This document shows, piece after piece, positions 29,496 to 38,875 of a DNA stretch of 64,000 nucleotides. The notes beneath the pieces were generated by a model. That model had not been told where the DNA came from. It was given only the letters and a program-made list of their open reading frames with translations, and did not search any database. Both the position numbers and the translations under genes were made by a program. The stretch's first letter is position 1. Each line of letters starts with the position of its first letter. Source of the stretch: Candidatus Bathyarchaeia archaeon (lineage in GTDB: Archaea > Thermoproteota > Bathyarchaeia > 40CM-2-53-6); the NCBI GenBank assembly GCA_049513715.1, contig JBEKVV010000003.1:32001-96000 (forward strand), in the 5' to 3' direction.

Positions 29496-29948
29496 ATGGC
29501 AGCCCCTCCGGCCAAACAAGAGGACCTTGTAAGGCAACTCGCCACAGAAATCCGCATATTGGAAGGGTCAGCCGGAGCTCTTCAATCAAGGCTGGACATC
29601 GTAAGGGCAGCGATTAACGAAATCACGCTTGCCCACAATACGTTGGACGGATTCAAGTCACTTCAGGAAGGCGAGGACACCCTGATTCCGATTGGGGCTG
29701 GTTCGTATGTTCGAATGAAGATCGCTGACTCGAAAAAACTGGTCATGGGAATAGGCGCAGGCGCCGCGATTGAGAAGGACGTCGATAGCTCTGTCGAGGA
29801 ACTGAAAGGCAGATTGCAGGAGCTGGATAAGGCTAGAAACTCGATTCAACAGCAACTTGAACAAACCTTAGCGCGCTATCAGCAGGACCGCGACGCTTTA
29901 GAAGAACTTCTTGGCCGGCAAGGGGCAGCCGCGCAGCCCGCAAGGTAG
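29496..29948 (+). CDS. pfdA: Prefoldin subunit alpha
   Basis: Coiled coils around LIPIGAGSYV...IGAG..IEK. Confidence 0.93.
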   Translation: MAAPPAKQEDLVRQLATEIRILEGSAGALQSRLDIVRAAINEITLAHNTLDGFKSLQEGEDTLIPIGAGSYVRMKIADSKKLVMGIGAGAAIEKDVDSSVEELKGRLQELDKARNSIQQQLEQTLARYQQDRDALEELLGRQGAAAQPAR

Positions 29949-30012
29949 AAGCCCCTCGATCCCAAATGCTACCTCTAGACGACGCAGATAGTTTTGGCTT
30001 CAGTGAAGGCCC

Positions 30013-30918
30013 GTGTTTGAGAAGCTGAAATCTGGATTTAGCGGCCTAGTCCAGAAGATTTCTCAGAAGGAACTATCGGACAAGGAAGTCTCGGAAATTC
30101 TCGACGAATTCTTGATAGTCTTAGCTGAAAATGATGTGGCGTATGATGTCGCAAGGAAGATCTGCGACGACCTCCGTGCAAACCTTCGGACCGTTGAAGT
30201 CCGACGCTTTTCCGATTCCACAGAGCCCGCTAAAGCGGTTCTGCGAGAGGTCCTTCTGAGTATTCTTAAGGGAAGCGGCGAGGAATCGTTCTTCAAGGTT
30301 CTGGACGAACGCAGAAGCGAGCACAAAGCTGCAGTCGTGCTTTTCGTGGGAGTCAACGGCACCGGCAAGACAAGCTCGATAGCGAAGATCGGCCACTTGC
30401 TTCTGAAAAGAGGTTTCTCTATGGTTATAGCGGCAGCCGACACCTACAGGACCGGTTCCATAGAACAGATTGAAGAGCACGCAAGGCGGATTGGGATCAA
30501 GACCATAAAACATGATTATGGCGGAGACGCGGCGGCGGTGGCCTTCGACGCCGTCAACTATGCCAATGCACATGGCACTAACGTTGTCTTAATCGACACG
30601 GCCGGCAGAATGCAAACCAACAAGAATCTTCTGGAGGAGATGAAGAAGATCGCTCGAGTCGCCAAACCTGACCTAACGATTCTTGTCGTCGACGCCTTGA
30701 CTGGGAACGATGCTGTTGAGCAGGCTAAGAAATTCTCAGAATCAGTTAACATTGACGGCGTTATTCTGACTAAATTGGACGCTGATGTCAAAGGGGGCAG
30801 CGCAATCTCAATGGCTGCAATCATTGGGAAGCCGATTCTTTTCGCTGCTGTAGGGCAGAACTACGAGGATCTCATCCCATTCGAACCTAATGACATGGTT
30901 TCCAAGATCGTCTCTTAG
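30013..30918 (+). CDS. ftsY: SRP receptor FtsY
   Basis: GVNGTGKTS, DTYR, DTAGRM, TKLDAD.KGG, GQ.YEDL. Confidence 0.96.
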   Translation: MFEKLKSGFSGLVQKISQKELSDKEVSEILDEFLIVLAENDVAYDVARKICDDLRANLRTVEVRRFSDSTEPAKAVLREVLLSILKGSGEESFFKVLDERRSEHKAAVVLFVGVNGTGKTSSIAKIGHLLLKRGFSMVIAAADTYRTGSIEQIEEHARRIGIKTIKHDYGGDAAAVAFDAVNYANAHGTNVVLIDTAGRMQTNKNLLEEMKKIARVAKPDLTILVVDALTGNDAVEQAKKFSESVNIDGVILTKLDADVKGGSAISMAAIIGKPILFAAVGQNYEDLIPFEPNDMVSKIVS

Positions 30919-30930
30919 AGTCGAGTTTGT

Positions 30931-31737
30931 TTGGTTGTGCTTGTAATCGCGTCGCGACGCGATCCCGCTGCACAAAACATTGCCGCTGAATTGGCAAGAA
31001 TGAAGAATTTTCAAACCGTGGAAGGCACGGATGGAAGCCTTCTCCAGGCGGGGAATGTTCTTCTGAAGCACGTTGAATCCGATGGGATTTACACTGAGAA
31101 TTTGGGCGTCGATGTGAAACCTGACGCTGTTATCTTTGCTTCCCGACACCGAAGTGAAAGCAACGAGCCCACATTGACCGCGCACTGGACTGGAAATACG
31201 ACTTCGCGAGCTGATTTCGGTGGAAAGCCCAAGAGTCTTTCCTATACGGACCCTGCAAGACTTCGTACAGCTTTGCTGGCGTTGGATGAAGCTCGTGAGG
31301 CTCGGGGGTTGAATTACGCTGTGACGCTCGAAGCCACACATCATGGCCCAACGGAACTGGGCGTACCAACCTTGTTCGTTGAGTTGGGGAGCACGGAGAA
31401 AGAATGGAACGATAACAAGGCGGCTGAAGTAGTTGCTGAGGCAATTTGGAAGACAGCAACCGCACCTCTCCAAGGAAAAACCGCAGTGGGGTTTGGGGGA
31501 GGACACTACTGCAACAAACAGTGCATCGCAATACGAAATGAAGGGTACGCGTTTGGGCACATATTCTCCAAGTACTTCTTTCAAGAATACGATGAAGCCA
31601 CCGTGCAGCTTGCCTTCGAACGAACTATGGGCGACTGCCGGACAGCGGTTCTCGACTGGAAGGGGGTCCGCGGCTCAGAACGAAGCAAGCTACTTGAAAC
31701 GTTGAAGGGAATGGGCGTCGAGATTGTTCGAGTTTGA
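30931..31737 (+). CDS. dtdA: D-aminoacyl-tRNA deacylase (archaeal DTD2)
   Basis: SRHRS, LTAH.TGN, EATHHGPT, FVELGS, GFGGGHY. Confidence 0.94.
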   Translation: MVVLVIASRRDPAAQNIAAELARMKNFQTVEGTDGSLLQAGNVLLKHVESDGIYTENLGVDVKPDAVIFASRHRSESNEPTLTAHWTGNTTSRADFGGKPKSLSYTDPARLRTALLALDEAREARGLNYAVTLEATHHGPTELGVPTLFVELGSTEKEWNDNKAAEVVAEAIWKTATAPLQGKTAVGFGGGHYCNKQCIAIRNEGYAFGHIFSKYFFQEYDEATVQLAFERTMGDCRTAVLDWKGVRGSERSKLLETLKGMGVEIVRV

Positions 31738-32025
31738 TTCAAAGAACGCTCTTGGTTCGCTGAGTGTTTCGATGGGGCCAGTGCTGGGGTGGTAACGGTA
31801 GGATTTCTTGCATTGTTTGCAGCTGTAGCGGCCATGTATGCTTTCAGGGTTGAACTGGAGGGGTTGGTTGCAGGTTGGGCATTGAGCCTGGAACCCCAGC
31901 TCATTTTCCTGAATATCTAAAACCTGTTCAGCTAGGCTTTGGAGTAGTTCGCAGTTCCCGCCACATCTGCAACGGGGCGACGAATCAATCAGTTCTCGCA
32001 GTCGGTCTAATGCTTCTTGCTGCAT
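31690..32025 (-). CDS. Cys-rich zinc-ribbon protein
   Basis: CRCGGNC, CPTC, CKQC; start taken at ATG 32025; 3' overlap with dtdA. Confidence 0.55.
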   Translation of the reverse strand: MQQEALDRLRELIDSSPRCRCGGNCELLQSLAEQVLDIQENELGFQAQCPTCNQPLQFNPESIHGRYSCKQCKKSYRYHPSTGPIETLSEPRAFFESNSNNLDAHSLQRFK

Positions 32026-32248
32026 GAGTTTTGCTATGAAGAATATGGCACTTAACTGCCGAGTCGCTGCGTTGAACAACGCAGACCCAACGAAAACTGA
32101 AGCAGATGGCAGACGGAGACGCCTCCGAAAGTACGACCATCTGAGTTCGTTCAGTAATCTGTCAGTGAGGTAGAAACTACTCTTTCCAGTTTGCGGATTG
32201 ATGCTGCTTGGCTCGTTGGTGAGGCTTGCTGTTCAATCCGATCTCCAA

Positions 32249-32347
32249 TCATGCCATTACTTTGTCGCAGAACGGGCAGAACGTAGCACTGGTGGTTACG
32301 GTGTGATGACAGAACGGGCAACCCACACACACCGGGTACGAATTCAT
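32249..32347 (-). CDS. 32-aa zinc-ribbon microprotein MNSYPVCVGCPFCHHTVTTSATFCPFCDKVMA (not in ORF track)
   Basis: CPFC-x10-CPFC with A.FCP.C; ATG 14 nt after the upstream stop. Confidence 0.65.
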   Translation of the reverse strand: MNSYPVCVGCPFCHHTVTTSATFCPFCDKVMA

Positions 32348-32361
32348 TCGTGAACCTGAAC

Positions 32362-32793
32362 CTAGGGTAGCTGATTCATCGTTTCGGGTTTGGTAGAAGT
32401 CTCAATGATTTCTTCCCATGACTTCCTTGCTACCTCGACTTGTGTTTGGAAGTCAAAGTTCAGGCTATCGTGATATTGCCAGTGCAAATGTGCATAGAGC
32501 CTTCTCACAATGTGCTTCTCGATCGTGATCTCCCCTCGACCGAATACTCCCCTCAGCAGCGTTGACAACTTCGCCGGATTCCTGGAAACATCGCTTCTCG
32601 CCAGCAGGGAGTCCCTAGCCAAATTGTCAAAGAGAGCTTCGCGGACCTTTCTCCCGAGTAGCTCAGTCAGAGACTGTTCTATAGAGTCCAGAAGCAAATC
32701 ATCAAATGAAGGCACACCTGTTTTCGGCTCTAATTTGGTCTTACGAGAAGGATTAGCGTCCAATCTCAATTCACTCCGACATGTGTCAAACAT
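32362..32793 (-). CDS. Helical protein resembling DUF3227/Nitrososphaera output domains
   Basis: LLDSIE..L..LLG......F..L...P..L...L..VFG.G...IE..I...LY pattern. Confidence 0.65.
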   Translation of the reverse strand: MFDTCRSELRLDANPSRKTKLEPKTGVPSFDDLLLDSIEQSLTELLGRKVREALFDNLARDSLLARSDVSRNPAKLSTLLRGVFGRGEITIEKHIVRRLYAHLHWQYHDSLNFDFQTQVEVARKSWEEIIETSTKPETMNQLP

Positions 32794-32794
32794 T

Positions 32795-33913
32795 CTACCT
32801 CACCAATTTCTCCTTCAGACTCGATAACGGCTCATTGACCAGAAATTGTCGATCGGCCCTCCACTGGCCCGTTTTCTCAACATATGGAGTTTCATCGAAG
32901 TAGTATCTGCAACTATTGTCATAATCAGTCCACATCATGTTCACCGCTTTGCTTCTCTCTAGAATCACGGTTCCGATCTCAGTGAACAGCGCAGTAGGCA
33001 ATCCGCAATAGAACAAAAAGCCATCCCCAGTTGGGAAGAGAGAAGCCTGAAAGGGTAATTTCCTGAGACCCGCTGCAATGGCACGAGTTGTCTCGAGGCT
33101 GCAGTTGGCCTCAAATAGAGCTCCGGGTGCGAATCTGAAGAGCTTCCTGCCCAAGAACACTTCGAAGCTTGGAACGATGCCGTTTTCCAAAATGAACCTC
33201 ATACGGCGACTAATATGATACTCAGGAACACGCAGCTCTTTGGATAGAAGCTTTTGTGGTCTGCGCGCGTCCTCGGTCAGAAGCCTGAGAAGTTTCAGAT
33301 CGCGCAGGTCTACCTCACTAAGAACTGAAGGCGCGAATTGGTGAAGCTCTCGTGAACGATCCGAATTCAGGCGTCGATCCCAATTCCTCGTCTTAAAACG
33401 CCAGTCATCAGATTGTGGGTCGTAGAAGCTGAAATCCGCATTCCTGTAAACGGGCTCAGCCGTGGTTCGCAGGATTCTGTAATTGTCAACAAGTCCAAGG
33501 CCTTTGAGCGCGTCAAAGAACTCGGTAAGCTGAAGCTCGGTACCAATCGGAATCCCGAATATCATGAACAATCCATTCGTGGAACCAAGACAGCGGACCC
33601 TGTGGCGAGTGTAAGGATGCAAATCACAGGCTTTCTCAACCATTCGTACTTTCGCGAAAGGAACGGACGCAAGAACGGGAGAAACTTGCAGACCCAGAGC
33701 TGAGAGATCTACGCGCGCACCGACTCTAAGAAGAATCGAAGCATCGGAAAGAGAAATCATTCGACGTTTGCAGGACTGCACTCCTACTCCGGTCAGCTCA
33801 TGTAAACGTAGATATGACGCAAGAGGATCAGCACAGAGAGCACTGAGGACGGACAGATCTAGGCTACTGAATTGGGCGGGCACAAGAACTGTCTTGCCCC
33901 GACCACGCCGCAA
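32795..33913 (-). CDS. Duplicated Lrp/AsnC-like transcriptional regulator
   Basis: Two wHTH starts (LDLSVL..L..DP.ASY; DLKLL..L.EDAR.P), each followed by a RAM-like region. Confidence 0.8.
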   Translation of the reverse strand: MRRGRGKTVLVPAQFSSLDLSVLSALCADPLASYLRLHELTGVGVQSCKRRMISLSDASILLRVGARVDLSALGLQVSPVLASVPFAKVRMVEKACDLHPYTRHRVRCLGSTNGLFMIFGIPIGTELQLTEFFDALKGLGLVDNYRILRTTAEPVYRNADFSFYDPQSDDWRFKTRNWDRRLNSDRSRELHQFAPSVLSEVDLRDLKLLRLLTEDARRPQKLLSKELRVPEYHISRRMRFILENGIVPSFEVFLGRKLFRFAPGALFEANCSLETTRAIAAGLRKLPFQASLFPTGDGFLFYCGLPTALFTEIGTVILERSKAVNMMWTDYDNSCRYYFDETPYVEKTGQWRADRQFLVNEPLSSLKEKLVR

Positions 33914-34295
33914 CTAACCGCGACCTTCCCTATACACGCACTCTCAATTCTTTAGTGACAGCGCGTTCGAGCACCACGAATGCCTTCTCGCCTAGAACAC
34001 TCTTGACAACCTTTCTCCACACTGCAAATTCAATGGCCATATCGTCGGAAACTACGACCGCCGAGTCACCACGACCGACCGAGCTCAATGGCAACACCCT
34101 CATGCAATAATCATTCAATATCAGCTAATAAGATTGTGCTTAAATGTATTTTCATGCAAGTAACATTCGTACAGAAGCCAGAATTGGCGCTTTAGTTGCA
34201 TTTGTGCTTAGGGATTCCTATGGTTTACCTAAGCAATTTTCCTTGATCGCACGAGGTTTTTATGGAAACTGCATAACTGGTCTTCCTGTGGGACC

Positions 34296-34724
34296 ATGAA
34301 ACGTCGGTTGTTTCGCTTTGAATGGCTGATTGTGCTTTTCGTGCTACTACTCAGCGCAACTCCACTCGTCCTGGCACAGCCAAAGGTTGACGTGAATTTC
34401 ACTGTAGCACGGCACGCGGGGACGGTCTATGTCACAGCTTGGGCTCAGGGTGAACTGCCTCCGGCGGTGCTTTTCAATGTCAGCATCTGGTATAATGCTC
34501 GAGGCACGCATGGTTTCGTCAGCATCTTTTCCGGTACACTTGTCCAGTCTGCAGATGGCTACGCATCGACACTTGTCCAAGCCACGATTCCTAATGGCGG
34601 CACTCAGAAGAACGGACACTACTTTGTCAGGGTTGAACTGTACGATCCCGCCACTGGTAGCCTGCTTGGGTTCGCAGGATACGATCCCAGAGCTGGCGGA
34701 AGTAACGGCGGTGTAGGATGTTAA
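34296..34724 (+). CDS. Secreted beta-rich protein with Gly-rich tail ending in Cys
   Basis: Signal peptide ending VLA-Q, beta-strand periodicity, DPRAGGSNGGVGC. Confidence 0.7.
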   Translation: MKRRLFRFEWLIVLFVLLLSATPLVLAQPKVDVNFTVARHAGTVYVTAWAQGELPPAVLFNVSIWYNARGTHGFVSIFSGTLVQSADGYASTLVQATIPNGGTQKNGHYFVRVELYDPATGSLLGFAGYDPRAGGSNGGVGC

Positions 34725-34756
34725 TTTGGGGTAACCCACGGTAAGGAAAGACGGCG

Positions 34757-35056
34757 TTGGACAGCGTAGGGCTGGTCGTGGAACTAGTCGGCATACTGTT
34801 CTCTATTGGGGTCGTTTGTGTCACATTGTGGTTTGCGAAGTTATTCCGCGGAGGCGCCTTTGAGATGCCCCTGCGTTGTGCCGCAATCGGATTCATAATC
34901 TTCACGTTGGCTCAACTCACGCAGTTTCTTTCGCAGCTGCAAGTTCTAGGTATTCCCGCGGTCGCGTACGACATATTCATGACTTGCTTCACCGGTGCCG
35001 TTTTCACGAGCGTCTTAATCGCAGCCTACAGTTGGAAGAACTTCGGAAAGCATTAG
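34757..35056 (+). CDS. Three-TM membrane protein
   Basis: Three hydrophobic helices with FRGG loop. Confidence 0.7.
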   Translation: MDSVGLVVELVGILFSIGVVCVTLWFAKLFRGGAFEMPLRCAAIGFIIFTLAQLTQFLSQLQVLGIPAVAYDIFMTCFTGAVFTSVLIAAYSWKNFGKH

Positions 35057-35238
35057 AACCGCAAAATGCTGTCTTAGTGATTTGACAGCATTAATCCCAG
35101 GCGAGATTTCGATCAAACTACGTTCGAAATGACTCGTTTTGTGTGTGAGTCTAGTGGTGCGAGCATCGTGATTTGAACCGTCAGTTCAGGCGTTATTTCG
35201 TGTGTGTGGGTATGCTGGTGCGTTGCTAAATTGGCATA

Positions 35239-35454
35239 TCATGGTTTCTCCACTCTCCGTTCCACCCTGACGTTGAGGTGGCCCGGATTGTCGGCTGCGA
35301 GTGGCGGCAAGAGGTGCGACAACAGTTGCTCTGCGCTGAGCCGGTGGACTATACCGGTTGGACCGGTTTGTGTCCAGCCGTTGTTCTCTTTGAGGTAGCT
35401 CCATGTCCGGCCACGTTTGGTTGTGATGTAAATCACGCAGTCAGTGTTCTTCAT
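35239..35454 (-). CDS. Small hypothetical protein
   Basis: ATG after GAGGT; lies between two repeat sites. Confidence 0.6.
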   Translation of the reverse strand: MKNTDCVIYITTKRGRTWSYLKENNGWTQTGPTGIVHRLSAEQLLSHLLPPLAADNPGHLNVRVERRVEKP

Positions 35455-35649
35455 GGCTTCTCCACTACCTCGAATTCCTTGTACTCCATGTCTTCCATCT
35501 TGTAGTCTATTCGGTTACAGGTATGCTGGTGCGCACACACACAATTACCGCATGAACTTCATTATGGTTGCTCTCATCGCTAGGCGCACGGGAAAAGGTG
35601 TTATTGATTGGTTCTTGAATTCATAGGTAGGACAGATGTGGTTCATCGG

Positions 35650-36039
35650 TTAGGACAAGCGCACCCTGACGAAGACATATTCGGATAGAGCCTTCAGTGG
35701 TTTTACTAGGTCTACCGGTCCTCCAGAAATGTGAACAATTGACTGGAGCGAATGGGAACTCGTCTTTTCGATTCGCACTTGGCGATCGTCTACATAAACA
35801 ACGCCAGACAGGGCGTCCATGATGCATTTTGCTACGTTGTCAACATCGACACGCCGTCGTTTTGTGTGGAAGTAGTCAACGAAGATGTGGACTTTCTGAT
35901 TCGATGCGGGGTGTGAGAAGGCACGTCGAGCTATTTTCCGGACGGTTCTCTTGTAGGCCTTTGCGAGTGGTGATCGGAAGGATATTGCACGACCCGGTAC
36001 GACGATACGATATTCCGGAATCGAATACGTGTATATCAC
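35650..36039 (-). CDS. rusA: RusA family Holliday junction resolvase
   Basis: DVDNVAKCIMDALSGVVYVDDRQV fits DxDNxxK..xDxL....xDDxQV. Confidence 0.88.
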   Translation of the reverse strand: MIYTYSIPEYRIVVPGRAISFRSPLAKAYKRTVRKIARRAFSHPASNQKVHIFVDYFHTKRRRVDVDNVAKCIMDALSGVVYVDDRQVRIEKTSSHSLQSIVHISGGPVDLVKPLKALSEYVFVRVRLS

Positions 36040-36053
36040 GAAACAAGCACCTT

Positions 36054-36299
36054 CTAGTAGAGAATGATCTTATCAACTTCCTTTCGCGGGAAGATCCAGA
36101 CATCAGCTTCAGGCTCAATATGTCTGCGGCGAAACCGCTTCAGTGGGCCCAAATCAGCCTCATCAGTTACGGTATTCAGCAAAACTACCGAATGCTTATT
36201 CTCGAAATACAGGAAGCCCGCTCTCTTGATATTGCCAGTGATAACCTCACAAGATCGCAGAAATGGCTTCCTTAATTGCCTCAGCTTTTTCTTGACCAT
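36054..36299 (-). CDS. Small basic hypothetical protein
   Basis: ATG after GAGGT; co-oriented directly upstream of rusA. Confidence 0.6.
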   Translation of the reverse strand: MVKKKLRQLRKPFLRSCEVITGNIKRAGFLYFENKHSVVLLNTVTDEADLGPLKRFRRRHIEPEADVWIFPRKEVDKIILY

Positions 36300-36970
36300 A
36301 TTGTTTCAACCTCGGTATGAGATAATAGCGCTTGTGTCAGTGTTTTCTGGGGGGGGTCTCGTGGTGCGGCCGGTCAAATTTGAACCGTTAGGTTTGGACG
36401 TGTTTTTTTTTGGGGGGGTGGGTATGCTGGTGCGAGCACCCGAATTTGAACCAGTCAGTCCGCTGGTCCGTTGGAGTCGAGGGCATAGAACAAACGGACG
36501 CATGAGAAATGACGTGAACAGCTTCCTCAATGGACCATCCGAGATCGGGCATAGATGCATCCCTATGGTCCCTATCATGAACGACACCCATAACGGGTAA
36601 CGAAACAACTAGGTAACGAAAACAAACGACCCAGTACCTGGGGTAGATGACATTTGCAGGTACACAGACCAACCAGCATCAAATCGTTCTGGACTGAAAA
36701 CTAATTCACCAAGAGTGGAGACAGCCCCCTAGAATACCAAGAACCGAAGAGAAAACCTTTGTTTGCCTATCGAATCCGATCCGAGACGCCGCCAGTGGAA
36801 CGCAAAATCACAATCCACCCACCTCCCGTTCCTCGATTATTCGCACCCAACAAACCAGAAGAAAACAAACTAGAAAACCCAACATTGATTCAAAGGTTAA
36901 AATAGCGGGCTTTTCATTTCAACCGCCGAAGAATCCAAGCACAGCTTTGTAGTTCGGGAGGGTTTGTACA

Positions 36971-37177
36971 TTGAATGTTCGCGAGTTTCTCGATTCAACC
37001 AAACGCCTGATTCACGTTACAACGAAACCGTCACGCGACGAACTCAGCCTCATGGTTAAGATCAGCTTCTTGGGCGTTACGATTATTGGCGTGCTTGGAT
37101 ACATCATAAGAGTCCTATTCCTATTCCTCAACCTCTTGCCCCAGACACAGACTGGAACGACCGGAGCCACACCGTAA
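36971..37177 (+). CDS. secE: Protein translocase SecE/Sec61 gamma
   Basis: KPSRDE, G..IIGVLGYII; precedes spt5. Confidence 0.92.
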   Translation: MNVREFLDSTKRLIHVTTKPSRDELSLMVKISFLGVTIIGVLGYIIRVLFLFLNLLPQTQTGTTGATP

Positions 37178-37680
37178 TGAGCACCGAGCGCAAGATGCTC
37201 ATCTATGCGGTTCGCACAACCAGCGGCCAAGAAAGAACCGTCGTGGACCTAATCGCCTCAAGGACTGCGCTGAAGAAGCTACCAATCGCAAGCGTACTCG
37301 CACCGGATGTCGTAAAAGGTTACATTTTCGTGGAATCCGCTGGCCCGCACTACGTGGACGACCTCATCGCGGGCGTTAGGCACGCAAGGGCCCGAACCAA
37401 AGGCGTCATTTCACCAGAAGCACTGGACAGGTTCATCGTCACAAAACCAGTCGTTGAAGACCTTCAAGTTGGCGATTCAGTCGAAGTCGTAAGCGGGCCG
37501 TTCAGGGGTTTGAAGGCACGAATCATCAATATCGACAAGTTGAAGGAAGAGGTGACTATCGAACTCTTGGAGGAAGGTTTCGCAACACTCCCCATCACGG
37601 TGCATGCTGATTACGTGAAGCTCACTAGCAGAGGCAGTCCAGGAAGTAGTGCAGAAGTTGGGCGACAAGAAGCAAGTTGA
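37177..37680 (+). CDS. spt5: Transcription elongation factor Spt5 (NusG)
   Basis: YAVRTTSGQE, KGYIFVE, KOW motif GD.VEVVSGPFRG. Confidence 0.96.
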   Translation: MSTERKMLIYAVRTTSGQERTVVDLIASRTALKKLPIASVLAPDVVKGYIFVESAGPHYVDDLIAGVRHARARTKGVISPEALDRFIVTKPVVEDLQVGDSVEVVSGPFRGLKARIINIDKLKEEVTIELLEEGFATLPITVHADYVKLTSRGSPGSSAEVGRQEAS

Positions 37681-38149
37681 AGCGTTACTGAACGGCGGCG
37701 AAGCTAACGCTGGCCCACCCCTAGGCCCAGCACTTGGTCCGCTTGGTGTGAATGTTCTTCAAATCGTCAACCGCATCAACGAATTAACCAAAGCATACGC
37801 GGGCATGAAAGTTCCAGTCCGCGTCGTCGTTGACACTGATACGAAAGAATTCGAAGTTGAGATTGGGACTCCCACAACATCCGCGCTCATAGTCAAAGAG
37901 CTGGGAATCCAGAAAGGCTCGGGGAGCCCGAAAGCCGAGAAGGTTGGCAATTTGACGATGGAGCAAGTCGTCAAAATAGCTAACATGAAAATGCCGAGCA
38001 GCTACGCGAAATCACCCAAGACCTCAGCGAAGGAAGTCATGGGTACCTGCGTCAGCCTAGGCATAACGATAGAGGGCAAGGACCCCCGCGAAGCCCAGAA
38101 GGAACTGGACCAAGGCAAATGGGACCAAGCGTTCCAGAAAACTGGTTGA
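37658..38149 (+). CDS. rpl11: 50S ribosomal protein L11
   Basis: GGEA.AGPPLGPALGPLG, GMKVPV, GTCVSLG; TTG start. Confidence 0.97.
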   Translation: MGDKKQVEALLNGGEANAGPPLGPALGPLGVNVLQIVNRINELTKAYAGMKVPVRVVVDTDTKEFEVEIGTPTTSALIVKELGIQKGSGSPKAEKVGNLTMEQVVKIANMKMPSSYAKSPKTSAKEVMGTCVSLGITIEGKDPREAQKELDQGKWDQAFQKTG

Positions 38150-38185
38150 CCAAAGAACCGGTACGGTGTGTCTCGGTTTCCCCAA

Positions 38186-38845
38186 CTAGACGCCTAATGC
38201 TCGGGTTACCTGCATCAATTCTGCGCCGCGAGTCAACGGGCCGACGACCGCGCCCTTCGAGTTAGCTAGGATCCCAGACTTCACAAAGGGCACACCGCCA
38301 TTCGTCGAACTGGCATCGACCTCAACATGCAGGGCTGATTCAATCACCGATCGTTCCTCTTGGATGGCATTGGGGCTGACCAGTGCGCCTTTGTTCGTGG
38401 CGATGGCGAGGGCTCCGACAAATGAGAGCGTTCCAATCTTTCCTGATGCGGGCTCCACGCCCAGGTCACTCAATACACTCTCCAGAATCTCCAAAGGCGC
38501 GTCTGGGTGGACGACGGCTCCGAGGTCGTTTGTGAGAACAACATTCCCTAGGGCTGTCCACTTTGAATTTACGACGACGACTTTAGTGAGTTTCTGGATT
38601 CTTTCGAGCTCGTAGTCATTTATGATGTGCGGGACCAGGACGGCGTTCGAATTGCCTGTAACCAAGGCGCCTACTAAGGTAGAGCCTCCGATGGTTGTTT
38701 TGCAGACCTCAACACCGAGGGTTTCGGCGAACTGGTTAATTCTGCGGTTCGGCAGTCCCGGTGGAACGATGGCTACGTTCTCGTTGCAGAAGCAATAGAC
38801 GCCAATGTTCGGGCTACCGAAGACGTCTGCGAGGATTACCGCCAA
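38186..38845 (-). CDS. eif6: Translation initiation factor aIF6
   Basis: GSPNIGVY, ALGNVVL.ND, TNKG, NGG.PFV.SG..ANS.G..VG..T...EL. Confidence 0.94.
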   Translation of the reverse strand: MAVILADVFGSPNIGVYCFCNENVAIVPPGLPNRRINQFAETLGVEVCKTTIGGSTLVGALVTGNSNAVLVPHIINDYELERIQKLTKVVVVNSKWTALGNVVLTNDLGAVVHPDAPLEILESVLSDLGVEPASGKIGTLSFVGALAIATNKGALVSPNAIQEERSVIESALHVEVDASSTNGGVPFVKSGILANSKGAVVGPLTRGAELMQVTRALGV

Positions 38846-38875
38846 ACCAATTCACATTGCGACGAAGGCTAAGTC

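Larger units (their letters stand above)
35135..36456 (-). repeat. Cluster 1 of tRNA-3'-end-derived sites: five direct copies (cores at 35155, 35216, 35527, 36362, 36428)
   Basis: On the minus strand CGCACCA followed by ACCCACACAC or ACCCCCCC and an A tract (3' arm degenerate at 35527); three copies are preceded by GGTTCAAAT at exact tRNA spacing. Confidence 0.8.

Noticed and set aside
30808..31584. Long antisense ORFs (258 aa here; also 17113-17727, 36064-36600 and similar)
   Set aside because: They are shadows of well-supported genes or repeats on the other strand and show no motifs.
32320..32333. ACCCACACAC as another repeat arm
   Set aside because: No core next to it; it is explained as the VCVG codons of the 32-aa zinc ribbon.
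35135..36456. CRISPR array
   Set aside because: Copies are divergent and irregularly spaced (about 60-830 nt) with whole genes between them; no cas genes are present.
36340..36460. Split tRNA 3' halves
   Set aside because: T-stem pairing is not preserved and I found no complementary leader or BHB flank.
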